From positions 868,001-932,000 of the forward strand of contig JAYWIR010000004.1 in NCBI GenBank assembly GCA_036172245.1: 64,000 bases of DNA. Reading direction: 5' to 3'. The DNA is from Raillietiella orientalis. Taxonomy: Eukaryota. Below the pieces are notes generated by a model. That model did not search any database and had not been told where the DNA came from. It saw only the letters and a list, made by a program, of their open reading frames with translations. Positions within the stretch are counted from its first letter, which is position 1; each line of letters starts with the position of its first letter. Positions 13,011 through 26,599 of this stretch are shown in pieces. Both the position numbers and the translations under genes were made by a program.

Positions 13011-15949
13011 GCTAGCTGATTCTTGGACGGGCAGATCGTTTCGCTTTGGGGTGTTAGTTTTTGCTTGAGTAAAGGAGCGGAAGATAAGATGACAAAGAGG
13101 GTTTTCTCTGAAAATAAGCTGAGGGTGCCGCCACACAGGTTACGGGAGCAAGTGAGCGCTTTCCTGTAATGGTGGATCATCTTCCAAGTCAGGGATTGGA
13201 AAGCAGGAAACGCTAGCAGGTGGAATAACTGCCTGCTAAATGCTAGGTATCAAAAAATGAGGATGAAAGTGGTCAGTCCAGCCACGAAAGAACCAAACAG
13301 ATTTATTTGGGCTGAGGAGGAGATAAATCCGCGAGATGCCCACGACAAGAGAATTTAATGATGATCGAAGCCGGGACTTCGGAAATGGAGATGAATTCAT
13401 TCTGAATGGTAACTTTTCTTGCGTGTTTATTTTGAGTTCATAATGATCGTAAGTTTTGGATCAATTTGGAGTCGCAGCAATTTCATGAGAGTTCTGCATC
13501 AAGATTCGGGGAACATCCTGAAAGCTCTGAGGGCAGGTTCGAGAACGGAACCTGCAATCCCGGTTTAGTGCTACAGCTGGGGCAAGCAAATTGCGGTGCT
13601 TCTTCGACAAAGGTGGGTTGAATGGGATTCAGTGCGTAGTCTCCTGTGATCTCGGCCACTCTCATGGGATCTTCCTGAAAGTGCGCACGCGGAGCTGAGG
13701 AGCGGAACTTGATGCATGGGAATCACAGATTCATGTGGCTGTCGATGCCAACAGAAGAAGTCGTAGATGCAAAACTCCTTGTGCAAAATACATTGGCTCG
13801 TTCGCATGTGTCATTATTCCAGTTATCCGTTGTGTGTTTTTCAGTTACACCGGATTTCATATCAACTTGTTTTTCTTTCCCGTTGCCTAACAGCCTCGTT
13901 GCACGCCTGAAACCTGAGGTTCCATCAGCTTAGCAGTAAAATAGCAGAGATGCGTTTTGTTCCGGTTCTCTCTAAATGAATCACTGAGTTTGAAAGCGAC
14001 ATTAGAGACAATTTTGGCTTCATTGTGCATCCGGGAAGAAATCCTTGAATCGAGAAAAATAATGAAGGAATGGGCATGAACGAAAATAAAAAAAAATCGC
14101 AATAACACGGGGAATGCTCCAGAGAAGTTTAGTGGAAGCACTGGGAAGTTTTTAATTAGAAGATTTTATTGTCTCGGAGAAGCAACCAATCTTCACCGGT
14201 TTTCGTATTCCTTTTTTCAGCAATTGCCGAACTGGTGAACGCTGTGCAAGGGAAACCGAACGAGAACTCGGCTGTCTTTCTGCCATTCTTCTTTTCCTTT
14301 AAATTGGAAATGGACATCGGGAGTGGCATGAGGTTGTGTGTTCAGCTCAATTCAGTTTGATTCTTTGTCAGGGTTTTTCTAGCTCTCGAAGATTCATGCT
14401 GAGAAGAGTTCACCAATCAAAAAACGCCTACTGGCTTCCCGGTCAGGTTGGTGCTGTTCAGCAACCGTTGTCAAGGTGATGCGCTGGGTCCTGTTCGTCT
14501 GGCACTGGTCTTCGTTTAGTGACATCTTTTTTTTTTTTTTTCTTTTTCGTGTTTTTGTGCCCAACTTTCTGAAGCAAATAACATCTTTTTAGTGGTTGCA
14601 CACGGATTCTTCAAGATCTTTTCAGTTTCCTATCCCTTCGCTCACGTACCCAGAGGAAACTCATTCGCAACTTGCCGAGGCTGAAGCAAAGGTAACAGCA
14701 CTTCTTTTCCTTTCTCAGACCAGCATCAAAGTGTTTTTTTTTTCCTTCCCGCAATGCAAACTCTGGCAAAACCTCCGTCTCATGCGGAGGCCACCTGCCT
14801 GGGCATTAGCCCATCATCTCTACCTTTTCTTTGTAAATGGAACGCCTGAGTGGCAAGAACTCGCGGTCCCCAGTCCAGGAGGGCAAGGAACAGAGTTGGG
14901 AGTCGAACCTCGCCCATTCTGTGATCGTTTTCCCGTTTTTCTGCCCAGCATTCTGTGGAACGCACCGAGATCCTCTTGAGGGAGAAGCAATCACTGTCGG
15001 CCGATAAAGGTAAAAACAGCAGCGGCATCCGTGATTCCGGTGCTGCCGTGGGAACGGCACCCTTTGCCGACATCTTTGAATACCTTCCACTGCGGACTTT
15101 GCCCTCGGTGCTTCCCATTCCACATGCGCTTCTTCGTGCTTGGTATCCACGGGTCTCAATCCGTGAACTCTACCCTCTCTTCCGATCCAGGACTCAAGGA
15201 AAGCTGGGAAGCGACACGGAATGTCTCGGAAAGTTCATCAGGAAGCTTCCTTCAAGTCTTTCAGTCCGAATGTGTGCAGCCCACCATCCGACGTGAAGAA
15301 ATGAAACGTAAAAAATGCCACGTTGCGTCCAATGCAAATAGGAGAGTTCTGGCTTCCATTAAGGACAACAGTTTTGAGAGGTTAGAGCAAAGTGGGGAGG
15401 GAAGGATAAATACACAAGGATCTGGACGGACTGACCTCTTGTTGCTAATGACTCCGCAGAGGGCCTGTATAGGGAAGGGTTTTTCCATAGGTTGTCCCAG
15501 GTCGTTCATTTACACCTAATAAACAAACACGGGGAGAAGGAAACGAACTCGTACAGGATTCGTCATAGCAGGAAGGGATACTTTGGGACGCGCAGTTGTG
15601 AACTGATCTCACAAAGGGGAAACAAGCAATAAGCAAACAAAATTAAATAAACATCGGGAAAGAAGGGAATGGTCACAGGCTTTGGTCCTTGCAAAGTGTC
15701 TTTCTCTGTTTGATTTGGAGGGCTTAATCTTCATCATCTTCCTTCTCTTGGTAGCACGGAGATGGCCAGGAAGGGAATTGCCTGATGTCACTGCTGGGAA
15801 AAGACGAGCAGCCTGATCGATGACCTGGATGTAGCATGTGATGGTGACTGTTTTTGTGGTAACAAGAGTTCGTGCCATCGAATCCTTGCAGGTTCTTTAG
15901 GGATATCAGCCGTCTGGGAGAAGACTCTTGACGCGTGTTCCCAATCCTA

Positions 15950-17000
15950 GCCAAGAGTACTGCAGTTCATGGTGAAGTGTGAAATGGATTCCCGTCGTCC
16001 ACACCTCGCACAGCTGGGGAAACCTCTCCCCTCCTCCGTCTTTCCCATCGCGCGATGACAGCGTCTCCTGCTCGAGAAGTCTCAGCCTAGGAGGATCACT
16101 GTTGTCTGTTGCATGTCATCCAAACAGAAGATGGAAAAGCACAATCACCCCAGGGGGAGCCCGTGAGATCCTCCCACTGCTGCAATGCTCTCACTTGCTT
16201 AGAGGGAGCGACCACTTCAAATAGCTGGACTGATCCCTCCCCCCATCCACTGAGGAGTTTGGTGATCCCTACGACAGTGAAGGTAAGCCACCTGTTGGAA
16301 AATGCAGCTCCTTTTTTCCCATCGTGAACGCTGTAGGTAAGGGTGGGATGGCTGCGCAATGCCATTCTTTCAGGTAACTCATCATGCCTGATCCTGTTGA
16401 ATCTACTTCTTTGCACTCCTTTTAAGGATTGCGGCTGTCACAGATGAAAGTCTCTGGGGTTATCTCCACCAGCGACTCTGTTCCTCCTAGGTAGCAAAGA
16501 GCTGCCAGCAATGAGGCAACCAGGAAGCGAATTCTTCCTTAGCTAGCCTTGGGGAGCGCCATCAGAGAAGTTTGGTTCCCTCGCGATGCTCGCCCAAGCG
16601 AGCTAAAGCTGTCTCTCCCAGCGTCTCTCTTAGTGAGGTCATCACCATGCCGTATTGCATAGGTTGTTCCTTGGGACTCCTATGAGGAGGCATGGCGTTG
16701 CTGTTCGTTAAGGGGAAGAACTCTGTGTACCGGAAAAATGGCGGTGTGTTTGAGGGGCGCAGAGGAAGAAGGATGAATGCATCAGGAAGTCCAGGATCTC
16801 GATGACTCCTTGGAGAATTCCAAGAAAGCAGACAACGGGCTATTGGAATTTGAGTGATTGCCTTGGGCATGGACTAACCGTTCCATACTCCACTTTGCAC
16901 AATGCCAGGCTTTGTAGCTCCCGTGAACTGCCGTATCTCCCTCCGGGCAATCCTTATCTTCCTCTCCCCTAGAGGTGCAGAGCAAGCTCAGGGGAAGATT
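15950..17000 (-). mobile_element. Decayed non-LTR (LINE) reverse transcriptase remnant
   Basis: FNRIRHDELPERM (AFDxVxH), LTGSPWGDCAFP (GxPQGxxLSP) and VRGVDDG (YADD) occur in the correct order and spacing at about 16400-15990. Confidence 0.55.
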
Positions 17001-18828
17001 GCCGAAAATTGTTCTAGGAGCAAAGCGCATGTCCTCGAGGACCTCGTCTAGGAAAATTCTCCGGAGGCGTTCCCTTCACTCCCTTCAGTTTTGCAAGGAG
17101 TGGTCGATCCCCACTGATCAGAAGAGGACTACCGGTTCTCGATGGGGATAAGCAGCATTAATCGAAGATTAATGAAAGGTGGACCTGTCTTTCGGGACGG
17201 TGAATCTCCCTCCTGGGAAAGGGGTTGGGATGGTTGCGGTTCCATTCCACCTGAAGAAAGGGATAGGCGAGAAGGGGGAGGAATCGGGCCTAGATTGAAA
17301 TGGAATGTGGATTGCAAGAAGAATGGAAAACTGTGCCAAGAAGACGTGAAAATCGGTATCCTTTGTTTCCCATCTCGTTGTCATAGCTCCTGAAATACGG
17401 GTTGTCCCCGTCGTGACCTCAGGACTCAACCGCATATCCGACGAATCAGGAAGGATGCATTCCCTTTTGGCTGATCACCTGGCAGTTTTCCAGATGTCGC
17501 CATGCTTCCTGCACTTCTCGAGTAGCTGTGGCAGTGCACTCCTCCCCTTTCGTCCTCCCGATCCTGTTCTCCGGGACGAACGCCATGTTCGGCGCTCTGG
17601 TGGTGATTCTCTGCAACGACATCTCTTTCCAAGGGACGGAGATCTGGAAGATGGGTGTCCCTCACAAAAGAAAGGTGGGCCAAAGAACTCCAGAAGGTTC
17701 GAAGCGAAGACGTGTATCTTCGGTAGGTTGATGGATTCCACGCCCTGTGGGGACTTTTTTTTTCCACAGTCCCCAGGGAAGGGTTCAGAGCGCGAAGTCT
17801 TTTTCCTTCCCCGTACGTCCAAGAAGCGGGAAGGATTGAAAGCTGCGAGAAACCAAAGGGAAAAAGGATGCCGTTTCTTGACTTCCTGTAGCTTTTGGGG
17901 GGGGACGTCTCCGGCAGCAGTCAAAGATGACGAAGCAGCCTTCCAGTTGCCCGCGCGCGCTTACGGGCTTTGAGATTCTGCAAGGAGGGAGCTGCATCCA
18001 TGAGTTGCTGCTGCCCTTATTACTGGAGGTCGCAGGCGAGGTACCCCTAACGCTCCTGAAGCGCTATTTTTCTTGAGCTCTCCTGACACCTCTGGCTGCC
18101 TTCGTCTGCAGCAGGTAGCACCCGCAGCCGCGATCTCAGTAATGCCTGACGACGACGTAGGTCCTGGGGTTGCACTTCCTTCTATTTGACTTCAACCTTC
18201 TTTCTCCCTTTGCTTCTTTTTGTCCCCCGAGATCAGCGGAAAGGTGGCTTTGAAGAGCATCCCCTTATGACCTGGAGGGGAGCAGAGGGGGACAGATTCC
18301 CGGAACGGCAAAGGGTGCCCACTCTTTTCCTCCTGTCAACCACCGCACGTAGATCTCCGGAAGATACCCTGAGGCAATCTCCAAGTCACCTTGGTGAGAC
18401 GCCCTCTTCTCAGAAGGAGAGAGAGCGTTTTGCTTCTCAGCAGAGAGTCCACTCATTGGCGACCTCCACGCTTCCAGAGTACTGTTTCCTCGTCACCGGA
18501 CCGGATGGAGCAAAGGAGAGGAGGATAAGTGGGATGAGGTTAGAAATGGTGGCGCAAGCGCGTGGGGGACCGGGGAAGGAACGGCCGTCTCTGCGTCACC
18601 GGCGCCGGCGCGGCAGATGGAGGACAGATGGGAAAGGAGGATCCCCGCAGACTCTTGACAAGCGTGGATGTCCTCCTCCCCAGGGTGCAGACGCGAGCGC
18701 CGCCGTCTTCCTCGTTGCCTTTGCCGCCACTGAGCGCGCGCGCGCCTGGCGCTCGCCTATTTTTAGCCTGCTGCTCCCGCTGGGCGGACGTGGAGCCGCG
18801 GTCGCAGTCGTGTAGGGGGAAGCGTGCG

Positions 18829-19224
18829 ATGCCGAACGTCACGCCGCTGCTGCTGCTGCTGCTGCCCTGCGGCGCCGCCGCCGCCGTAGCCACCACAACT
18901 GGTGGAAGCGACGGACGCGACGATGGCGGCGGCGGCGGTGGCGACGGCGGCGGCGGTGGTGGAAGTGGTGCCGTTGGTGGTGGCGGCGGCGGAGGCACCA
19001 GTGGACATGGCGTCGCGGGCAGTCCTTCAGATGCGAGCGACAATCTAACCTCCGCCAGAGCCCACGCGGGGGCAGCGGCCAGGTCCACCAACATCGCCGA
19101 GATCACCATCCCCCTGTACAGTCTCATCTTCCTACTGTCCATCACTGGCAACTCCGTGGTCATCCTCACCCTAGCCGTCAACCGGACCATGAGGACGGTG
19201 ACCAACGTCTTCTTGCTCAATCTG
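18829..19224 (+). CDS. CCKLR: CCK/sulfakinin receptor-like GPCR, coding exon 1 (N-terminus, TM1, ICL1, start of TM2)
   Basis: Translates MPNVTPLLLLLL...ITIPLYSLIFLLSITGNSVVILTLAVNRTMRTVTNVFLLNL, with the TM1 GN motif and the MRTVTNxFLLNL CCK-receptor signature. It ends at a phase-0 donor CTG|GTAAGT (GT at 19225). The start is uncertain because an in-frame ATG also lies at 18628. Confidence 0.92.
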
Positions 19225-20699
19225 GTAAGTCGTCCCATTCCCCGCTCTACGAGTCCAGACGCCAGTCAGTACCCACATGAAGTTCCCTCAGTTGAGGGAA
19301 CACGGAACGCGAGTCGTGGGTCCAACTAGTCTGCTCCCATCGCATTCCTGCCTATTGCCGGCTTTACGCCACAATAGTTTCCCCAAACCGAAGTGGGGTT
19401 GCTAGACTAAGGGATTTGGAAAGATCGTGGGGATCAAAATTCACTTCATTCATTATCCTGGGCTCCTGGGACCATGCAGAAGGACAACCTGGAAAAAGTG
19501 GGGTAGAGTGAGAAAACAAGGAGTAGGGAGGTGCGAGTTGAGAGGGGCCACATGTAACGGGAAGGTGAGAAGAAAGAGTTGGTTCTCTCAAGGTTGCCTC
19601 GATGCTCCGCCCCATGGCACTTCCGAGCGCGATCACTCGCCTGTTCGCACCATTCCCGAAAGAACAGGCATGTTTTCCGTTTCCACCTTGCTCTCCTCTT
19701 CTTACGGGAAAGTAGGAATCTTCCTGAGCACATTCCCTTCCATCCTTCATCATTCTTCATCGAGAACTGCCTGATAGCGAGACTCTTGACCCGGACGATA
19801 GACCGCTTTTATACCCTCGGCCCTCTGCATGCTTCCGGTAGATCAACGATCAACCCTTCCTTGCCATTTCCGTTTGCTGCTGCATCAGTTGCCTCTCGGA
19901 AGCGAAATCTCTCTATTGCTTGTTGCTTGCGGAGGAGCTTTGGTTAGAGGTAAACCATCGTCAACTGGGGCTCGTCTGACCTCGCAAAATCCTTTCTTGT
20001 CACTGTTGCAAACAGAGGTTTCTAGATTGGCTCCCGGCCTCTTCTGAAGCGATGTCCCCGCGTGGCACTCATCTCCGGCAACATATCTCGAACAGTGAGA
20101 TTTCGCTAGTGAAGAGCGTCTGATTCCGCAGTTTTTAGCAACGAAAGTCATTCTTAGTCACACTGTTCCTAGAATCCAAGCTCTTTGTACCTCCGCTGCC
20201 GCGTCCATCTTTTGAATCGTTCTTTACCGGAAGGAGGCATCTCTACTCATCCTCATCCGAGTCTCTGCTTTAGCTGCAGCGATGGCAGCTGAAGGTGATT
20301 GTGAGATCTTGAAAGCCACCTCCTCTCGTCGAGAAACTTAAAGTTCCTTGATCTTCCTTCGAAGTACGCTGGATAGCCTGCCAAGCCTTATGGCCTTTTC
20401 TCTTCCCTGGGTCCGTGAGATCCTTCCCGTGGCGAAGGAACCATGTTCTCCTGGTGAGTGAGAACTGGACCCGCACATGTTTCTCCCACCCATGCCTTTC
20501 TTCCTCGACTGAGATGAAGCATTCCCAATTGCTGGAGAGCTTGAGGTGCTCAGCTCTCCAAGCTGAGCACCTCGACCCACCCACGTGAGTTCTCGGAAGA
20601 TCCTTCCCTTCACCGTCCGAAGGACAAGGATCCGCTGCTCGACCGCTGCCCTGCTGCAGATCAGGGCAGTCCCCACGTGACGCTCGTACTCGCCCCACG

Positions 20700-22600
20700 G
20701 CTCTTCCTCCAACGACAGACGGATGCGGGAAACGTTCTTCCGCGATTGGCGGCCTTCCAGTTGCGTAAAAGTCCACTAATGGCTTCCGGAACCCTTAGAG
20801 TTTCGAGAGAGTCAGCTGAGTCAGGAACGCCAGGAGCACCTCTTCTGCTCTATCCAATGAAATCAGCAGACGAAATCCACTTGCCAGTGGTTTCCTGCTC
20901 TTGTACACCATGCGAGTGTTTCCCCCTGACTGCCGCGGAAGGCGGACGCCGCCACACTCATCCAAGGGGCTTGAAAGGCACGCGTGCCGGGTCGGTCCGA
21001 AGCCGTCCTCTTCCTTTCCCTACGAGTTTTTCCCTGGTGCGAGGACTCACCCCTGCCGGAGCCCGGCGTCCGCCAGTAGAGGGGCATTTGCGCTTCCTGG
21101 AGTCTTCCCGGAGCTTGCGGGAGACTACCACTTGGATCTGAAGGTCATCCGAGTCAGTTCCGACAGAGAACCTCCTTGCACATGTGACCTTTCTACCGCA
21201 GATCCTCAGGCTGCTGAGGTCGGCAGAAAGGGACTGGGACGGCATTCTGAAAAATGCTTCCTATCAGTGGAAAATGCGAAGCTGAACCTCTGCTCCCTCG
21301 TTTTCCCACTTCCTTCTGCCCCTCCATCTTCCCCACCCTCTTCTTCTTCCACAGTCCTCGGGTAGTGCCGAGATAGAAACTCGTGATATGCGCGAAACCC
21401 CTCACAGTCAAAGGGCACTGGACTACGCCATTGGCCTGGAACGGTGGCGCTCACGCCTGCCGTGTGTACGGATAGAAGGGAAGGTTTCGCTGCGCTGCTA
21501 CCGTCATGTGCGACTTTGTTGCTGTTGCAGAAGCGGGGCGCAGCGCCGGAGAAGGGGGACTTCCGTTGACTTACGGAAGAGTGGGAGGAGGAGCACCGAC
21601 CACCAGATAGCTGTTCTGCCACGCCATCCTCCTTACACTCCGGGAGCCTCAAATTTCCCCTTCTCTTCCCATTCTCAGGAGAGGAAAACCTCGAGAGAAG
21701 AACTCGAGAGAGTTCCATCAAAAAGCAGAGTAGGGAAGAAGTGTGGAAGCGAGCGGATGACGTCAAGAGTCTGAAGAGGGGGCACCCTTCCCGCAAACCC
21801 CCAGGAGGAACCACCGCTATGTTCCATTCCAACTCCTTTCCATTCCTCTCTTACCACATCGAGAAACCTGTTCAAAAGATCCTTCATGGACGTGTCCTCA
21901 TGCAGGCTGCGCCTTCCTCCCTCCCAGAGATTCTCAGTCGCTTGAGGCAGGAAGTCCCTCGGGCAGGGAAAAGCGTCTCGGATTCCAGTCCTGAAATCGG
22001 TCCCTTGAAACTCGTACCTACTCCTAGTCTTCCATCTTTTTAACATGTCTTTGAAGTACCCGATTCGATTACCCGACGGGAAAACTGCTCTCATCCGGCT
22101 CCCCATCTCTGGGCCTCTTTCTTTGATCAGGGCAGTTAACGGGGCTGCCGGTTCCATTTGTCTCGTCCCGGGAGGGACCGCCTTCCCGCACATCACACCT
22201 TCTTGCGAGGTCGCATCCTGTACTAGAACGCGACCTCACAAGCCTTACAAGCCTTTCGCACGCTTTTTACTGTCTCTCTCGTCCGACCTTCGATACCGAG
22301 GTCGCAAGAAGTACAGAGAAGGACCAGCTCCCGTACCCGTGACACGGGCTCCTGGTGTCGCAGCAATGCGCAGCCTGTGTGGTGTGTTGCTCCAACGCTT
22401 CCGGCTGTGGCCTGTCCGAAGGCTGCCCGAAACCATCTCGAAAGTTTCCTCTCCCGAGTGCATCCAGGCCGTTGCTCTGCGTGTTTCTTTGGATAGGATT
22501 TCTTCCGGCGCCACGTGCCGAGAGCGCGCTCTTCCTGGATACGCCCTCCCACATCTTGGAACTTCACGGAGCACGCCTCAGTGGATGGACTGAGCTGCAA
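20700..22600 (-). mobile_element. Decayed BEL/Pao LTR retrotransposon gag-protease remnant (intron 1)
   Basis: In order on the minus strand: ILSKETRRA...ETFEMV...AFG (DUF1759-like), LPQATENLWE...MKDLLNRFLD, Cys/His knuckle remnants, VPFDCEGFRAY (LxDSGSQxSY protease-like), KPLG*V (TxLGWV). Confidence 0.5.
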
Positions 22601-23449
22601 TGTGACAGCGGCGCGTGTGTGGTGAACACGGAGGTGCATGCAGCATAAGAAACCCTCAAAGTCTTGCGGGCGGAGGGGTCTTTGCGCGCTGAGAAGGAAA
22701 GACGACGAGGACGCTTCTTGAGAATGGTTGGAGGTTGTCTGCTCGAGGAGCGCGCGCATCCGTCCCTTTGCTATTCGCAGCAGAGACAGCTCTCTGCCCT
22801 TCTGCCTCGTGTTGTATAAGGTCTCTAAGTAGGGCGGTGTGGCTGTGCCAGATTGTCGAACCAGCCAGCAAGAGCGAAGCCCGTGGTCCGCGTTCCGGTA
22901 GCACGTCAACTTGGATCAGGGTTGCTGCTTGCGCGGGATGTCATTAGCCAAAATGATGTGCTTTCCCAGTTCCAGGATAGAAATTGCCTTTCACGGATCA
23001 TAGCTTTTTTTCGCCGTCGCTAGAAGATGCTCACTGATCTAGGGAACTACGCGAAGACTTCTCTTCTGGCAAAAAGTGATGTCGGTGATGTCGAGGCTGC
23101 CGTATGTCTTCCTAGTTCTGGCGTCCGAAGATGCCTCATCTGGTCATTTCTCTGAAAAGCCTCTAAATTCCGCGCCTCCTGAGAATGCGAGTTCATGTTT
23201 GGAAAGCTGGTATTTGGAGGTCGAAGTTTTGTTTCTATCACTGCCATTTACGTTCGAATTTCCAGGGAAGTCCCCATCCTGATCTGGGTTCACGCTTTGC
23301 GAGGCCTCCTCTCCGGAGCAGCTTGAAGGAGAGCATGTGTTGCATTCCTCTTGTCACATGAAGCGTCAAGCAAATGTGACGGTTCGTCACATTTGCTTGA
23401 CACTTCCGTAATTCATCCGCGTTGGCATGTGTATGTTTGGAACATAAGG

Positions 23450-24050
23450 GCTGTGCTTGAATACTCGTGGGCGTGGACCTTCCACCCATTGGATCAGTCG
23501 ATTTCGGGCTCATCTCCAGCTGACGTGCCTTACAGGCGAAAGGCAGCTGCAAAGCCCGATCTCTTTTCCGTTATTTGTCGTCGCCAAAAAAAGAAGAAAC
23601 CAGAGGGGACGGTTCCACCCTGTGTGGTGCATTTCTCTCCTTCGAGAGGCTCGCGTTTACCCGCTTCTCCCCAATCTTCCACCCTCTCGTGTCTTGGAAT
23701 TCGTTCTGCGTCGACACCTGGAGCGATCGCCTCGGTCTTCCGCCCCCGTGCAATGATGCGGCTTCCCACCTCCCTCGCGTCGCAGTGCTCCGAAAAAACT
23801 GTCATCGGCTGAAAACTTGGTCCAGTGGAGCAGCGGGCAACTCACCTGTACGGAAGCTGGGAGCAGATTTAGCAAACCATAACAGCTACGAGACATACTC
23901 CACCCTCTTTTCCTCTTTTTTTTTCCTCCAGAGGAACCTGGACCCAGCTTCCTCGCCAACGGGAACGTCTCGTCTACATGCGCTGGTGTGCGTTCCCTCT
24001 GGAAGCACCAATGATGCTTCTCGCGAACTTCCCTAAGTTAATTTGAATGC
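23450..24050 (+). mobile_element. Decayed BEL/Pao reverse transcriptase remnant
   Basis: WISRFRAH (LxRFR), PEGTVPP (PFG..SP), NSFCVDT (YVDD), RLKTWSS (LxKWxSN) and VRKLGADL (KVLGxxW) appear in order. Confidence 0.5.
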
Positions 24051-26599
24051 AAATTTGGGACGGTTCTTCCTCTCTATTCTTGAAGAGCAGTGCTTGAATG
24101 CATCCCGGCAGATAAGCACGGATATGAGAGTGGACAGCACGTGAGAAGTGAATTCGCTCTGCACTCCAGAGCGAAAAGAGAGAGGAAGCTTCGTGCGCTC
24201 TCCTCGAAAGACGCTCCGTGGCCACTCTGTGGACGTCACGGGAAAAGCATTCTTTCGCCGTGGCAGCTCGGCTCTGTGCGTCCATTGTCAGCTCTTTGTT
24301 TCTAAGGAAGGGAGAAAAAAAAAAAAAAGCTGAGATCGCGGTCCAAATGGATGGCTTTCCTCTTGTGCTGACACACTCTCATTAGCGAAGGACAGTTCTT
24401 CCCCTCCCCCAGATTCTTAAGATCCCATGCAACTGCCATTAAGGGAACTCCGGTTCGCCGACAAACAATCATATAGGGATAAGGTCGAGGCGCTCAGGAT
24501 GTCATGGTTTCCAAGCACTGTACGCACACGTGTAGCAAGGAATCGGAGCTGATATGGCAACTATGCTCGAGTAGACTTGAACAGGAATGCGCGATCAAGG
24601 AAATGTGGCGATCTTCGTATTACGATGGCCACTGCTTGGACAGTTCCGTTTTCCTCACTCTAGGCAGAGATCCCTGTAGTTTTTGTATTCGTTTCTTGTG
24701 GGAGACATTTCTGTCCATTTCTTGAGGCCACAACGTCACGAAGTAGAAGGACAGTTCACGAGGAGCATTCAGTGCGAAGGAAGATCAAGGATGATAGCAC
24801 TTTGTTTAGCCAGGTAAAGAATGGAAGACATCCAGAATCCAGGAAATCAGGGTTTACATCCTCGAATAAGGCTATCTAAAGCCTCATGATTATTTTGTTT
24901 CCTAAAGAGCTGGCTTGTTGATGCAGCCCATCACGGCTACATATGCCGCGCGGCAACCTGAGCGCCAAACCAGACACTCGTGCCAACTTTTAGAATGGGT
25001 AAGAATCGCAGAAACCGGCCAGCTCGTCTTGATTCAGCTGCTCGAAGCAATGACTTCAAATGGACTCAAGGGATCTCCGGTCGCCACACTTGCGATCATG
25101 GAACGGCCATCGGAAGATTGGATACTCCTTTAAGAATGACCACGCCGCTTCAGCGACGAACTGTGAACTGATAAGAGCTACCCGATTTAGTTTCCTGATT
25201 CATGTCTTTGGGTAATCGACCCTCATCGCTCTTCGTAGAATGAAGCACAGGAGAGAACTGCTGCTTGAACCACTGGGAGAGCAGGAGAGCTGGCTAATAG
25301 GGTGAAATTAGTTAATCGAATAAGATACATGGTACTGGGGCTCATAGCTTTTGCATAATATACACTGATGAGGAGGTATAGATTTGGTGTGTCTTCCTCA
25401 AAGTCTCCTCTTCTCTTGGAGCGGGATGAATCCATTGGTTCTGAATGCACGGTACCCAAGGATTGATAAGTTTACACGAATTTAAATCACTAGTAAAACA
25501 TGAAAGAATTCTAAATTACGTGAGTCGATGCTTCAGCAGTGACGTTGGAACCGTGAAGTAGCTAAAGACTACGTTGTAGAAAGAGTGCATGCAGGCTAAT
25601 CTCCTTAGATTTTGTCTGAAGATATCCATAGCAAAAGTAGCCTCATTTTTTCTTTCCGGCCGTTTCCGTTTCCTTTATCCTTTTAAGTCACTAAGTTTGA
25701 ATGCGGCTTCAATGGAGAGGAGACATTTCAATCCTGCCTGAGCACGCAACATGCTTATCTCATGCCATGTTTCCAACTACGTGAGACAATCCGTACTGAA
25801 AAAAAAAAAGAACGCAGCTAATTCGATTCCTTGCGGCATAAGTAATGCTCCCTTTGTGTTCCTGACAAAACACTTTAAAAACGTGTACCGCCTTTCTTAT
25901 TTTCCGCTCTTCCACGAATTCATCCTCACTGCCGTGAGGATTTCCGGTTGTGTATAGCTGATCCACCATGACTCATCTTCTGTCGATTTGCCGAAACTCC
26001 GATGCTGTATTCAAATTTTTCTAAAAACGCGCAAGTCGCTTCTGTCCTTCGATGACACCGAATCCATCTCGAGGTATGCCCAGAGTGTCTGTTTCATCTA
26101 AGAATGGCTCAGAGTTAGAATTCTGAAACCATCTCACCGAAACCATACAAAAGTAAGTGCTGCCAGTGTACTCGCCAATAAATTATGTTGATTGCGTCTT
26201 TCCCTTTTCACGATGAGCTTTGCCGCAGCGCTTCGGGAGCACAACGGAAGGGGGAAGAAACAGCTCAGCGGCTCCGGAGTCAGCAACAGTGTCCTGACTC
26301 ACGGGAGCTGCGTGACATCGGCTCGAGGAGCATGGAAAGGGGGGGAAGGTGATTATCTGAACCAGAGGCTCTTCGTGAGATTACGACCGGCGGGTGCAGA
26401 CCGAAATCTCGGGCAGGCAAAGTACTGCCTGAAGCTTTTTAGGATGGTCAGTTGAAAATCATACTGAATGATCCCTCTCAGCTTGAGGGAACCGCAGCAC
26501 CTCTAGAAAGATGAGAGAAACGGAAAGTAGTCTAAAAGATGGTGGTTTTCGGACTCACGAGGACGGAGTGCTAAGATAACTCAGGAGTGAAGCAAGAAC

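Noticed and set aside
14955..15296. DSGA aspartyl-protease-like motif
   Set aside because: It is an isolated 4-residue match with insufficient support.
18540..19238. 232-aa Pro-rich minus-strand ORF
   Set aside because: It is the antisense shadow of the Gly-rich exon 1.
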